Part shown: positions 23,845 to 36,740 of the stretch, piece after piece
Position numbering within the stretch: position 1 is the stretch's first letter
Layout of the letters: each line of letters opens with the position of its first letter
From: Takakia lepidozioides
Lineage: Eukaryota > Plantae > Bryophyta
NCBI GenBank assembly: GCA_030704615.1
Contig: CM060733.1
Span: 46,624,001-46,688,000 of the forward strand
Direction: 5' to 3'
DNA length: 64,000 nucleotides
Program-made: the position numbers and the translations under genes
The notes under the pieces: model-generated
Told to the model about the DNA's origin: nothing
What the model saw: the letters and a program-made list of their open reading frames with translations, nothing else
Database searches by the model: none

Positions 23845-25435
23845 GGATGAATTTCGGCGCCGCAATTCATCGCTTCCCAAGTCCTCATTCGTCATGAGCA
23901 AACCTGTCAGTGGGATATCGGAGCCGGAATTAATTCCGGGACAGTGGAAACGGCTGCACTTGGGCACATTTCATCCATATTTCGGCGCCGAAATTCATTA
24001 CGAATATCTCCGTCCGCACGTAGACGAGGTGAAATCATCCATATTTCGGCGCCGAAATTCATCCAGAGCGAAGACTAAATCGGCACCATGTTATGCTTTG
24101 CCGCCATCATTGCCCCTGACGGATGCTGTCCATGCCTGTTGGACTTGCCATTTCTGGACATTTAACTATAATTTCGGCACCGAAATTATACTTTATGTGC
24201 GGCAACGTCCCGTGCGAAAAAGACCACTTAATGGATACTGTCGGTTTCAAATGAAAAAAAACGGCTAAAATGCAATTAATTTTGACAGAAGGGGTTCAAT
24301 ATGCCGATTTCTCCATTAAATGCAGAATATTCCTGTTATCTTCGTCGGAACGGGGTATTTCCAACGATTTACGGAAAATTATATCATCCAGAAGCAAAAA
24401 CTAAGTGTCGGGTTTGGACGAATTTCGGCGCCGAAATTCATCCGTCGCATAGAAAATGTAATATTAGAGTTACTCATTGCGGACCATTTCAAAGAAAAAT
24501 AAATATTGGAGGGAGGGCATTGGATGAATTTCGGCGCCGAAATCCGGCGTTCAAACCCTGAAAAAAATTTGGAGGGATGAAGTCGGTTGAATTTCGGCGC
24601 CGAAATTCATTGCTCGCGAAGAAAAAAAATAAATTCGGGAGGACTTCGGATGAATTTCGGCGCCGAAATTCATTGCTCGCGAAGAAAAAAATAAAATTCG
24701 GGAGGACTTCGGATGAATTTCGGCGCCGAAATTCATTGCTCGCGAAGAAAAAAATAAAATTCGGGAGGACTTCGGATGAATTTCAGCACCGGAATTCATT
24801 GCTCGCGAAAAAATAAATAAAAAATTCGGGAGGACTTCGGATGAATTTCGGCGCCGAAATTCATTGCTCGCGAAGAAAAAGGAAAATTAGAAGGGAGTAC
24901 TTGGATGAGATTCGGCGCCGAAGTTCATCTGTCGCAAAGAAAAAAAATAAAAAATAAAAAAAAAAAAAAAACTTCAGATGAATTTCGGCACCGAAATCCA
25001 TCCGCAGGGCAGCAGAATTAGGGTCGGAAAATGAGATGAAGAATGAATTTCGGCGCCGAAATACATCCATTCTGCCGATTCAGGATTACTGTCATTCGGA
25101 TGTCGGCACCGATATCCGGACACGTGGTGAATCACGACTGTAATCAGAAACACATTCATTCGTATTTTGGCATCCAAATTCAACCCTCATGTGCAGAAAC
25201 AATTTGATGAAGAAGATGTTCATCCGAATTTCGGCACCGAAATCCATCCGTTGGGTGTTTGGTCAGTTTCATGAGGTGAACAAATTACTATTTCTGTCGC
25301 CGGAATTCATCCCCTGGCTTCCAAAGTTGTTACATGACAGAGATGTTCATCCAGATTTCGGTGCCGAAATTCATGGGAAGGCCTGATTTATTGTAGCCCA
25401 AGTGGTTGTACATTACAATTCAGGCACCAAATATC
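23845..25435. repeat. Array of ~21 copies of palindrome (ATGA)ATTTCGGCGCCGAAAT(TCAT) with ~63-64 bp period
   Basis: Perfect 24-bp palindrome e.g. at 24650-24673. Cores at 23851, 23915, 23979, 24043, 24171, 24422, 24528, 24591, 24654, 24717, 24780, 24845, 24909, 24982, 25047, 25100, 25164, 25228, 25290, 25355, 25418. Confidence 0.92.
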
Positions 25436-25744
25436 CGATGTGAACTTGCTGTTGTCGTCCGTTTTTGTAACGTACATTACACACCTTCATCTTTACGTGC
25501 ACTGATCACCCATCCTGTTGGATACGGAATCCTCCAGAAAATCATTTGTGTTATTAGGTAGGACACACTCTTCTCACTGCAGGACTTCGCTGCGGAGCGT
25601 ACCGAGAGGTCCCGTCTTCAACATAAACTCCCGTGTTTGGGTAAACGTGTACTTCCATCCTGATTCTCTAAAAGCTAAAATACGTTCCACGAAATCCAAT
25701 TCCCAGTCGTCATCCTCCTCCCACGAGAAGCTCTTCGCCCCGCA

Positions 25745-26169
25745 TACCGGTGGGTGACCCCGCAGCTTGGCCCACCCATCGGTGGGGGAAACTGAAAAGA
25801 CGGCGGCCACCAACAAAGGCGAACGACACCAGGATGGCCAACGCTCTTGCAATGCCCTGCATAGTGCAAGGTTGCAGGGATGTTCCTCACCCCGGGATGG
25901 GGCGCATATTTCAGTTGTCAATAGCCGGGTCTGCTACGCGCAGTGTCGTGTATACAATCACGGTTTCACAGTACCCAGCTTGCAACTGTGAGGACTTTCT
26001 TGTTATGGAATCGAAGAATGCAGCATACGTCCCCTGCAAACACCTTTATTACATTTTTCTGAAGCGCATGAGTTGCATATCCGCAGTGGACGTCTTCATC
26101 CATGCTCCAACACTGAGTTTCAACGAGCTGCATAAGGCCCTACGGCAGGATACTGGTCGGACTGCTTGA
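25745..26169 (+). pseudogene. Diverged Mutator-like transposase C-terminus (SWIM), copy D
   Basis: WPTHRWGKL...VPHPGMGRIF...YPACNCEDF...PCKHLYYIFLKRM...FIHAPTLSFNE is homologous to the ends of copies A and B. Confidence 0.85.
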
Positions 26170-26439
26170 CATTCCACATTCGGGAAGGAGAAAGTGACAA
26201 TTATATTACATTCATCTTCTTGCACCCTATTTTTTTGTGAGGAATTATACACTTGGTGGTGCCGCATCGCCATGGCTACATGTGAATTTCGGTGCCGCAA
26301 TACATGAGAATGTGGTTTTTGGCCATGAATGACATGCGCATGCTTTTTTTTATTTTGGTTGTCTACAAACGGATCCGAGTAAAGCATACATTGTGTGGAG
26401 ATTAACGGGCATTGAGGCCTATTTCAGCGCCGCTATGCT

Positions 26440-29430
26440 CAACAATGGTGGCAGAAATGCCTTCACGACCGAGGTCCAAGCCCGGAAACCTTGAACTGGA
26501 GTGGGTTCAAGGAATTGATGAAGAGACAGTTTGTGCCCCTCAACGCGTCCTGGCTTGCCCGGGACAAGATGAGGAATTTGAAGCAAACAGACGACATTCG
26601 GATATGTCCAGGCTTTCAATGTGCTTTTGCTCGAAGTCGCGGACATGGCAGAACCGGAAATGGTCTTCAACTTTGTGGCGGGACTGGCCCCATGGGCCAG
26701 GCGGAAGTTGGAGGAGAAGCCACCTAAGACTTTGAACGAGGCAATTGAGAGGGCTGAATGTTTCTCAGATGTCCCTAGGGGTGAAAAACAAGGCCGTACG
26801 GAGCTGAACCACAAGAAGACCCGGCGGGAAGGTGACTCCCTCCGACCGGAAAAGAAGTGGGATAGGCCACGCGGCAACAATGGCACGTGGAAATGGAAGG
26901 GAGGGCCATCACAAGTCAAGGCGGCACCCGGTGCTTCGAAAGGAAAAGCGGGCGGAGCGGCCTATGGCGGACAGAAGGCAACCTTTGATGGAGTGTGTTT
27001 CAATTGTGGGGAGCCCGGGCACATGGCCAAGAAGTGCACGAAGCCCCGGCAATTGAACATGACTCGGGCGACCACAGAGCTGTCGGAAGATACCATCAGT
27101 CGCTTGGTGGAAGCGGTGGTCGCCAGGACTTGCAAGGTAGGCAAATTTTCTTATGAGTTGTATCAGGAAACTGGCGCATTGCGTAGAGGGAGTCACTTAT
27201 TGTTCGTGGATGGGATAATATCCGGAACTAACGTGTCATTGTTGGTGGACACAGGAGCGTCACACTCCTTCATGACACCGGCAACGGCACAAAAGTTGGG
27301 ACTCCCGACAACTGACGTAGAGGCCTCTATTGAGGTGCGTTCTGCCAAAGGAGAACCGCAATTGGCGACGAGGTTGGCGTTCAATGTTCCTCTTCAACTG
27401 GGGAGTTGGGAGGGACGTGAGGACTTCACCGTCTGCGAGATCGATGGAGTGGATCTCATTTTGGGGATGACCTTTTTGAGCAAATCCGGAGCGGTCATAG
27501 ATGGTCGCAAAAGAGTAGTCACGCTGCCATGTGGGAATGGTGGCGAGGTCTTACGAGTGTCGGAAATGCCCAAACCCGTGGGAGGGCAAATAAACCTTCT
27601 GTCAGCAAGGGAGTGGGCCGTGGAGGAGGCACACGAGCCCCAGTTTTTGCTCTACATTAGAGAAGTGAAAGGAGAAGGCGATGGAGAGCCGAGCCCAGAT
27701 TGGATCAAGGGGATTTTGGAGAAATACCATGATGTGATGCCGGAGGATTTGCCAAGCGGCTTGCCACCGCGAAGAGGAGTTGACCACAAGATTGAGGTGA
27801 TACCGGGATCGGAACCGCCTGCCAAGGCGCCCTACCGGTTGAGCCACAGAGAGTTGGTTGAGCTGAAGACTCAGCTCAAAGATCTAATGTCAAAGGGGTA
27901 CATCCGGCCGAGTAAGTCACCTTACGGAGCCCCGGTGCTAAGAAGGATGGGACGCTGCGGATGTGTGTCGATTACAGGGCTTTGAATAAGGTGACTATAA
28001 AAAACCGGTATCCTTTGCCAAGGATCGACGACCTTTTCGATCGGTTGGCAGGAGCGAAGTATTTCAGCCGGATCGATCTGCGCTCCGGCTATCATCAAAT
28101 TCGAGTGGCGGAAGGAGATGACGAGAAGACCGCGTGCAGGACAAGGTATGGTTCATATGAGTTCTTGGTGATGCCTTTTGGGCTCACCAATGCACCCGCG
28201 ACCTTTAGCACGCTGATGAACAGTCTTTTCCAGGAGTGGTTGGATGACTTTGTGATCGTGTACATCGACGACATCTTGGTGTATTCGAAAACAAAGGAGG
28301 AGCACCTGGAGCACCTCAAAAGGGTGTTCCAGAAATTACGGGAAGGGAAGTTGTATGCCAAAGCTTCAAAGTGCGGATTCGGGGTCACAAAAGTGGAGTT
28401 CCTGGGGCATGTGATTACACAAGATGGGATCAAAATGGATGACAGAAAGGTGAGGGCGATCTTGGACTGGGAGCCTCCGACTTCGGTCCCGGGAGTGCGA
28501 TCCTTCCTAGGACTCGCCTCCTATTACCGGAAGTATGTGAGAAGTTTCGCCAAGATCGCGGGGCCGTTGTCAGACCTTCTGTGTAAATCCAAAGTCTGGG
28601 TATGGAACACCTTGTGTGGCCAAGCTTTTGCTGAATTAAAGCAGCGGATGGCGGAAGCTCCAGTCTTGAAAATCCCGGAGTTCGATCGTCCGTTCGAGAT
28701 ATATACAGATGAGTCGGACTTCGCGATTGGGGGTGTTCTGATGCAAGATGGACGTCCAGTGGCTTACGAAAGTAAGAAACTGAATGAAGTGGAGCGACGG
28801 TGGCCGACGCACGAGAAAGAGATGAAGGCGGTGGTGCACTGTCTTGAGCTTTGGCGCCACTATGTTGGTTCCAACCCAGTGAAGGTGTTCACGGACAATG
28901 TCACGGTGAAGTATTTCGCCACGCAGCCCAAGTTGTCCCCAAAACAACTTAGGTGGCAAGATACTTTGTCGGTGTGCGACGTGGATATCCAGTACAAACC
29001 GGGATGAGACAACGTGGTGGCCGATGCTTTAAGTAGGAAGCAGCAGCTCTTGTTGGTGTACAAGGGCGAGACGGCGCTCCAAAGGAAGATCCGGAAGGCT
29101 TGCCGGAAGGATGAGCTGGCGAAGTCCGTGATGCAGGACTTGAGGATGGGGGTTAAATCGCAGTTCCACTTGCAAAATGGACTGCTCCGGTATAAGCAAA
29201 AGCGTCTCTACGTGCCGAAGGGAGGGATCAGAGATAGCCTCTTGAGAGAATGCCATGATAGCCCGCTTGCGGGCCACGGCGGAGCCAAGCGCACTGCGGC
29301 ACTCTTGAAGAAAGAGTATTTCTGGCCCAAACTGAGGGAGGAGGCAGAGGAGTATGTCAAGACATGCACCACATGCCAACAAAACCGGAGCGAGTACAAA
29401 AAGCAAGCGGGGCTGCTACAACGATTATGA
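26440..29430 (+). mobile_element. Ty3/gypsy gag-pol, truncated at both ends
   Basis: Gag CCHC knuckle CFNCGEPGHMAKKC; protease LVDTGASH; RT YIDD; RNase H; integrase HHCC (CHDSPLAGH...CTTC). Frameshift ~27940, stop at 29005-29007, integrase core missing, no LTRs seen. Confidence 0.93.
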
Positions 29431-30018
29431 CTTCAATGAGGACTATAAAGCTGGCCGAATGACTATTGAGGGCAAGGAAAGTGAAAGTGAGGGGGAACCC
29501 ATGGCTGGAGTTGATTAGGTGGATGAAAGTTTGAGAGGAAAACTGGAAGTGAATATGATGGTCCTCTGGAGGCTAAGGGGTCAAACTAAGGGGTCAAATT
29601 TTGGGCCTCTCCAAATACATCATGTACTTATTGACTAGTTCAACATTTTATTTCTATCACAATAAATCTGGCGAAGAGGCCGTGATGTCAACGTGGTTGT
29701 GGTAGGACTATAAAGAACAACATCTTCTTCCATGTGTTAATTACATAATTTTAGGAAGAGAGGGGAAGATGTAATGTGATACTCTGGACGAGTTGGGGAA
29801 ATAGTCAACTGTATGAGGGATCTAGATTGAAGGACCCTTCGCAATCCAAACCATCCAGCATTGGTCAAATGGTTGGTGACAACACTAAAAAATGCAGCTA
29901 ATGACCGTCATGTTAGTTACGTCTCATAATGATAATCTTTGAATATCTTCCACCCCAGCCCCCCCTCTCTCACACACATACAAACACCTGCAAACAAGCT
30001 CGAAAATACCGACGGTGC

Positions 30019-30042
30019 TAAAAACCGTATTGTGTTGTAGTG
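30019..30042. mobile_element. Isolated CACTA-like terminus
   Basis: TAAAAACCGTATTGTGTTGTAGTG resembles the right TIR at 4533-4556; no partner found. Confidence 0.4.
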
Positions 30043-30384
30043 CCTCGTTGTGTCTATCCTTGCCCCTTCCTGCATGCTCAAGAATAGGTCTGCAAAGCCT
30101 CCATCCCACGCCCCTGCACATCCTGCGATCGTTGCGTTCCATGCTCTAGGCTTGTGGATACTAAGAAAACATATGGTGTGGCGGGAGACAAAAAAAAGCC
30201 CAAAAAGAGGCCAAGTCCTAGCCCTCTGTTCATGGCTGGCACCCTAATGGGCAACCCTATAAGCAACTTTTTGAATTTTTTTAACCTTTTGCACTTTGAT
30301 CATTGATGAATGAACTTATCCAATGGATGAATACATTCGTGTATGTGCCTTCAAAATGACACGTGTAGTGATGCAGTCGTATAA

Positions 30385-32984
30385 TTAGAGCTCTGAAACC
30401 ATATCCTCCACAATGGAGGTTCCGGACATGGAGCTGTCATGCAGGGGAACAGGCTTCGAGAAGTTATCACGGTCTGCCCTGTGTGAATCGGAATCCGAAC
30501 CAGATGGAGTGTTCAATTTCCTCTTACATGAGCCGAATCTCTCCTCCCCTTCAAGATGTGGAACTCTAGAAACAAGTGGCGTTCCCTGGGCATACATGCT
30601 CACCGCCCGTGCTATCTTGATTGGATCCCCAGATCTGTTTGTAGCACGCAACATCAACTCCCATTTGTCCGGACCCTTGCCACCAACCCCACCTCGCAAG
30701 AAATCACGGTATCGGGTTTGTTGTTGCAAGGCACATATCAAATCATCTGTTGTTGCCACATACAAATCCCGACCTCGTTTCCCAGACTGCTGCAACCATG
30801 CGTTGTGCACAGTTTCTGCCAAATTGCAAGATAGCATGTCCGCCATTTCCTCAATGGACATGTTCTGCAAAGTGGAGAACCACACTTCAAAACAGCGAAC
30901 AGAAAATAACATAAAGAAAGCGAGGAGACAATAAAATGGAAAGTAAATGTATGAATAAAGCAAGAAATATAAGCCTCGTACCACTGCCATGGCTGCTCCC
31001 CACTGTCTATACCGGAAGTGCCAAAACGCCAGCCAATCTTCCAATGCTCTCATACTCTCAAGTGATGCAGCTCCAGAAGAGAACCACCAGGCACGAATTG
31101 TCTGGAACAAAGTGTCCGCCTCCTTCATTGTTCTAGCATCTTTGTACTCTTTGCACAATTTACGGTGCTGAGTCTGCATCTCTGGTTTGATGTCCGACTT
31201 TGTATGTTTTTCCAGAGATTGTGTCCAATGGAATAGACATGTACGCTCTCTTCCTCGCATTGGCACTTTTGGGTCGCCCGATCCGAAGACAATACGAACA
31301 GCATTGAAATTTGCTTGAGCACTATTCGCCATGAAACCTGCAAAATTTGGAGATGGCAGCCCATGACACGTATCAGGGAATTCCATATGAGCTTCTGGGA
31401 TTCCATATCCTCGGATTGCATGTCACAAACTGCAATTGTCATAACTCGTTGGTACACTGGATCGTAGACATGACAAGCCATTGTCGTCCAATCCTTCACT
31501 CGTTTCACATGATCAAACATAAGAAAACAGTTCTGCAAGTCCCTAGTCTTCTGCATCCGCTTCACGAGGCTAACCCCACTGCCCTCCCCAACAGTCGACA
31601 TTTTGAAAAGAAAAACTTTGATGACACCTTGACCTGGGAATACATTGTCTTGGATGTAATCGTACTTGCTCACTTGTTTCAACTCCAAAATGTTGTCTAT
31701 ATAGCCTCTGATACCAGAGCCTATTCTTAATGCATTGATCTGATGTCGAATGTTAGGTGAACTCAAGGTGGAGAAATGATCCATGACCAGGTCCAATGCT
31801 GCACCGTCAAGTTTAGTCCCCACAGAATCCCCTTCACTCAAAATATGGCTTTCCAAGAAGGACTTGCTTGCGCCAAGAGCAATTGCAGATGTTGTTGCGG
31901 ATGGGTTTCTCCCGAACTCCTGTTTAATCAACCTCGATACTGTCTCAACACTCTCCCTATAATCCCCCTTCGAGACAGGATGGTTATGGAATCCGAAATG
32001 CACACAAGCTCTTGTCATTGTTTTCAAACGGTGGACAACATAGTACATTCTTGCTCCGCAGAGCGCCAAGTAGGATGACACAAGTTTGCAGAATTTGCAG
32101 ACGAAAGTGTTTGCCGGTGGTGGGGTAGTCCCAGGCTGAAATAGATTTTCCGCCAGACCCTCCCATTCGCTTTGATTATGAACCCCAGACTGAAGAAAGT
32201 GTCTGCAATTCAAATTATCACACCTAAGGTGTCCATTGCAAACTGTTCTCCTGAAAACAAGCTTGTCATCATTCTGAATATTGGATGTTTTTGTTCTGTA
32301 CCACGGGTGCCCGTCATGTTTCTTGTCCATTCCATGCATCATGATTGTTACACCTCCAACTCGCGGAGGAGGATGCAGCTCGAATAGGATATCGCCATCA
32401 AAAGTCTCTGGCAAGAACTTCACAGGCACCTGCTTCAAAGATTCCCAATCAATTCCTCGCAACTCACTTTTGAATCCAGCCATTCCTCCCATCGCCCGTA
32501 GTTTTGGAATGACACTACAAATCTCTTCTTCATCAGCTTCTCCAACCACAGTAGGAAAGACTGGATTTGGAATTTCACTTATGTCATCATCAGACGAATC
32601 CGAAAGCTCAACGATTGGAGTGGAGGACATCTGTTCTTTTTTCACCACCACCTCCCTCTTGTCTTCAACGACCGAAACAGCAGTCCCGGGCGTCACATAT
32701 GACCCAAGGGACTTTCGCCGAGGCTCTCCAAGTACTCGGTATCGACCAGGGCCTACTCTCCACTGGCTGACATGAGCCGTCTCATCACGGTTTTGGAAAG
32801 AGTATTTCAACAACTTCCCTTTCAAATCGTACACCTCTTTCTCCAAAAAGATGGAGCCATTCTGAAGCTGAAAATGGGTAGCCAAGACATGTTCCAGAAC
32901 AATTGCAAATCCATTGTCAAGGACTTCCTGGGAGAACGGCACTGGTTTGTTGTCAGAGAAGAACTCCGCTTCAGAGGAAGCCAT
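30385..32984 (-). pseudogene. Mutator-like transposase copy C (GCM-type Zn domain + DDE), 3'-truncated before SWIM
   Basis: 619-aa ORF joins the 333-aa ORF via a frameshift at ~31360. Motifs FDHVKR, FMANSAQ (D2 changed to N), CLFHW, CNLAETVHN. Intron 30981..30865 is at the same position as in copy A. Confidence 0.88.
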
Positions 32985-33840
32985 CTTCCTTCCTCGCGTA
33001 TGTTGATACCTTGCTATCGCAGACCTTCAGTGTAAATCGGTTTACTGATGTCTCCAGAACACAGTTGAAGAATGAGCAGAGAATATGGCGGAGGAAGCTC
33101 AGACGACAACTGTGCATATTCTGTTATTCTTTCCAGATATGCAGCCGTCCATTTTAACTACTTTTCTTGTGGGCCCAGTGGTCAGAGTATCCCTAGGAGC
33201 AATGTCGGCAGCTGTTAAACCGTTAATCAAAACCTTATCAATAAACACAATAACAAGCCGACTTTCTGGAAGCATGCCACAGGATCTGAGGGTGGGATTG
33301 CAGATTAAGTAAATGTATCTTTATACTACTACCAATGATCATGCGCACCTGGAAAGTTCAAAATGTGAAATGAACGTGGGGTTGGCTAACAAGGATGAAC
33401 GTGTATGATATCCCAAAATTTGTCATCAAACTCTCGTTCATTTACATATATTTGTCTAAGACTGTGCGCCAAGATTTCTGGGATTCGCATTTATTTTTAA
33501 ATATTGAAACAGTTCTAATAAAGAACACGCCGTTTATTTTGGGCGACACACGTAAGACATCGATAACTGAATACGAACAGCTGTACACTAATTGCTGGCA
33601 TGTGCACTATTAAGGGAACGACTATGTGTAACGGTCACGCGAGAGGGAATCCGATGCTTCTAGAGACAAGCAACAACGCACGCAATCCCGCAAGAAATCG
33701 GGAGTCACTTCGTTTTTCTACTTTTCGCGCTTAGAGGGAGAGTGGTAGTCAAGCTGGAGAGGGTTCCTTCTACAATACGAAAGAGAAGAAAGTCTCTTTA
33801 TTTTATTTCCCTTAGAGAGAGACGCAGAGCAAGAGAGCAA

Positions 33841-36740
33841 ATGACGAGGCGTCGTTTGTTGGAGAACACAAGGCCAAGGCAGCATGTGAACGTGGAGACT
33901 AATTCAAAAGAGCAGACCGAGATTGAGGCAGCGGCTGTGACACAGTCGGCGATAACAGTGCGCGTTGGAAACCAGCCTGTGGATGTCGAGATGACTCGCA
34001 GGGAAACTGAAGGAGGTGGAAGTACGAGGAATGCTGAACCGGGAGAAGGTCCAGAAACCCTAGAGCACACAGAAATTCCAGCAGATGTGAGAGGGAAGAT
34101 GAAAGCTGCAAAAGGGGATCCAATTTCAAAACCTAAGAAGGCGCCATCAAGTTTTCTCTAACTTATATTTCATTGTTGAAGATCTGCGTAGAGATTGAGT
34201 GGAATGTCCCAGAAAGGGATTGTCGCTACCGACCATCACCATGAAACAACGGTGATTTGCTTTCTACTCCTCTGTTAAGGGTTTACCGCACAATGAATGG
34301 GTGACTGACGGTACCGTCATTCACTGTTGTTCAGATCATACAGTCTGTCTGATTGCCTTTCAAGTAGTCATTCCTCTTCCCTTCTTTAGTAGGAACATGT
34401 CATTGAAGTCTACTGAATTGCGAGCGTCGTCAACGCCATTCCATACTCCTCATGAAATTTATGTACCTATGTGTTTGAAGAGAGAGTGAGGGTCGACATA
34501 TTCAGTCATAATGTTTTGCAATGCATTTTCTTTGTTTGAGGTTGAGCAGATAGAGAAGTGGAAAGGCGGTACCGCCAATCAAAGATTTGAAGACCATACT
34601 GTAGATTCAGGTAGAGTATCGATTGGAAAGTACTCTCGACATAGACAAGAAATAGTGAATGCTTGCGACGTTCATCACAATGGAGTCAATCTGAATAATC
34701 TGCACTTACTGTCCGCCCTAAACTATACTGAATGTCGTTGCCGCCAATCACTTACACATATATGTCATTGCACAACACCGATCCGGCAGGTCCTTGTCTT
34801 TTGTGATTGTCGTTAACGCCGTTCACTCTTGCTCAAAACCTTTCTGTTCTTGTGTCCCTAGAATCATAGTGTTTTGTTTTAAATTCGGCAGGATCAGCTT
34901 TGCTTGTGTAGATGGTTCTGAATTTGTTTCACACCATTTATTGTGAGTTGAGACGAGATAGAGTGATGGTCATTACCGCCGTTCACTATTTGCACATTAC
35001 TCAGTCAGATTTGAATGACATCGTGCAGAAAACTATGAGGTCCAAGCCTACAGGATCAGAGGGGAAAGGATCTGGAGATGGGGACGAGTCTGGAAAAAGC
35101 TCAGAGAATAACGATGAAGCAGATGAATCTGAAGTGCACTACCTTGACAAGGTGAAAGAACTCATGTCATTCCATAAGGTAAACTCTCAGGAGGTTATAA
35201 GGGACATGCTCGTATCTGGAGGGCGTCTGGACATCCCTCTGTGCCGGATGATATCTATGCGTGTTGTGCGTCCACCTCTTTCCCATGACATAATAAAATT
35301 GGAGAGTGATTTCGTGCATTGATACAGACTTGGTGCACAAGTTTTTTATGTGTTACTGACGGATATAAATGGGAAAAGCAGATTAGTGTCTCCAGAGATC
35401 AGTGATACCTGGGATGAGTGCTGGAAAGATGCTAATGAGGAGTTCGAGCTAGGCCTCATGATGGGAAAGAACACCCAACAATTCTGCAACCACATATTCT
35501 ACGTCTGGGACGGCAACTACCGATTGCAGGCATGGATGGGATACATTCAGAAACATCATGCGAAAGACAAAGACAAGCATGTTGCTATGGATGCAATGGT
35601 TTTGGATCCCGAAAACGACATCGCTAGGCTTCTTACAGCTATGCACGACGTGAACAAGTAAGTCATCCTAGAGACTTCATTCCCTCTGTAGTGTCTTGTT
35701 AATCCCAAAAAAACAGTGTTAAGGAATGCAATGTTTCCAATGTTTTTGCAGATCGACAGAGAAATCGCATGTGACAACAAGCTTGGTCCACACACTATTC
35801 CGAATTCAGAGGATTGGTCTGATGAAGCTGGATGATTTTCGGACAGTACTCCCCCCCAATATAATCAAGAAGTGCAAAACATGAAGAGCTGCATGCACTT
35901 GGTATTCTTTGATTCGAGAGGCGTTTCTGCAGTACATGTATGCGGTAAGCCCGAGTCTGTACTTAGTTTACTTTTCGAATACATGTTTGTAGTCCCTTCG
36001 GTGCTAATCACTATTTGAATCAATGCAGCAAGAACTGACAGAGGCAGCTGAGAAGGGAAAATCCGAATATTACCGCACTACACCAAATGAACTAAGGACA
36101 TCAAAGGGTGTGGAAGCAGCAATAAAAAAGGAGTTTGAAATGCGAAGAACCAAATTGATGTCCGCCTTCGGAAAGCAGCTTAGAATAGTAGATCCTGGAC
36201 TTGGTTCTGAGTTCCTTCAGCAGATCAAATCTCACTATGACAAGCATGTGCATCCGGAGATGCAGCAGGAGAAATTGCACCGGCTGGCCATATCCATGGT
36301 CGACCCACAAACAAAAATAAGGTGGCTGGAGATATGGAACTCAGATCAGACAGTAAAGGACTTGAATCAGTTCCCAAAGAGCACCATACAGCCTGGCACA
36401 AATGTAGAAGGAATCAGTGATTTGGTGTTTGATAACTGGCTCCACAAGGCTACATTTTGGAGTCAGGTGTGTATTCAAATAAGCCATTTTCTTTTCTTCA
36501 ATTATGTGATGAGTATCTTATTTGCAATACTGACAAATATACAATTTGCAGCTCGAAAAGCGCGCCGTCATTGTGCTGGATCAGACTTTGAAGGACTTGA
36601 ACATTTCGATTGTTCCCCTCCCCAAATGTCATTGGAGGCATACATAAGGAAGTGGAGAGGTCTCACCTGGAGATACTGTTTTTTCCGGGAGTTCTCCAAA
36701 GATGGTAACATTTTACGGTCCAATGACTTTGACAGTCAGG
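33841..36740 (+). pseudogene. Multi-exon gene with ParB/Sulfiredoxin-like domain, divergent from transposase copy C
   Basis: Exons ~33841-34140, 35029-35657, 35752-35944, 36029-~36466, ~36551-36740, mostly with GT-AG borders (first donor non-canonical). IPLCRMISMRVVRP...IIKLESDF...IFYVWDGNYRLQAW fits the ParB/Srx pattern. Stops at ~35320 and ~35882. Confidence 0.7.

Noticed and set aside
23753-25386. ORFs with repeated EFRRRNS / NFGAEIH peptides
   Set aside because: These are translations of the palindromic DNA repeat on both strands, not proteins.
23845-25435. CRISPR array (palindromic repeats with ~40-bp spacers)
   Set aside because: No cas genes and the context is eukaryotic. Central spacers are duplicates of each other, repeats are degenerate, and they also occur singly (e.g. 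~22465, ~26286).
18000-30000. Paired LTRs for the two Ty3/gypsy remnants
   Set aside because: No TG...CA direct repeats were found flanking either; both are truncated by neighbouring insertions or deletions.
30385-32984. KDZ/Zisupton assignment because of the SWIM and Cys-rich domains
   Set aside because: The D-D-CxxH-E spacing fits Mutator-type transposases better, and KDZ-specific motifs were not recognised; a profile search is needed to confirm.
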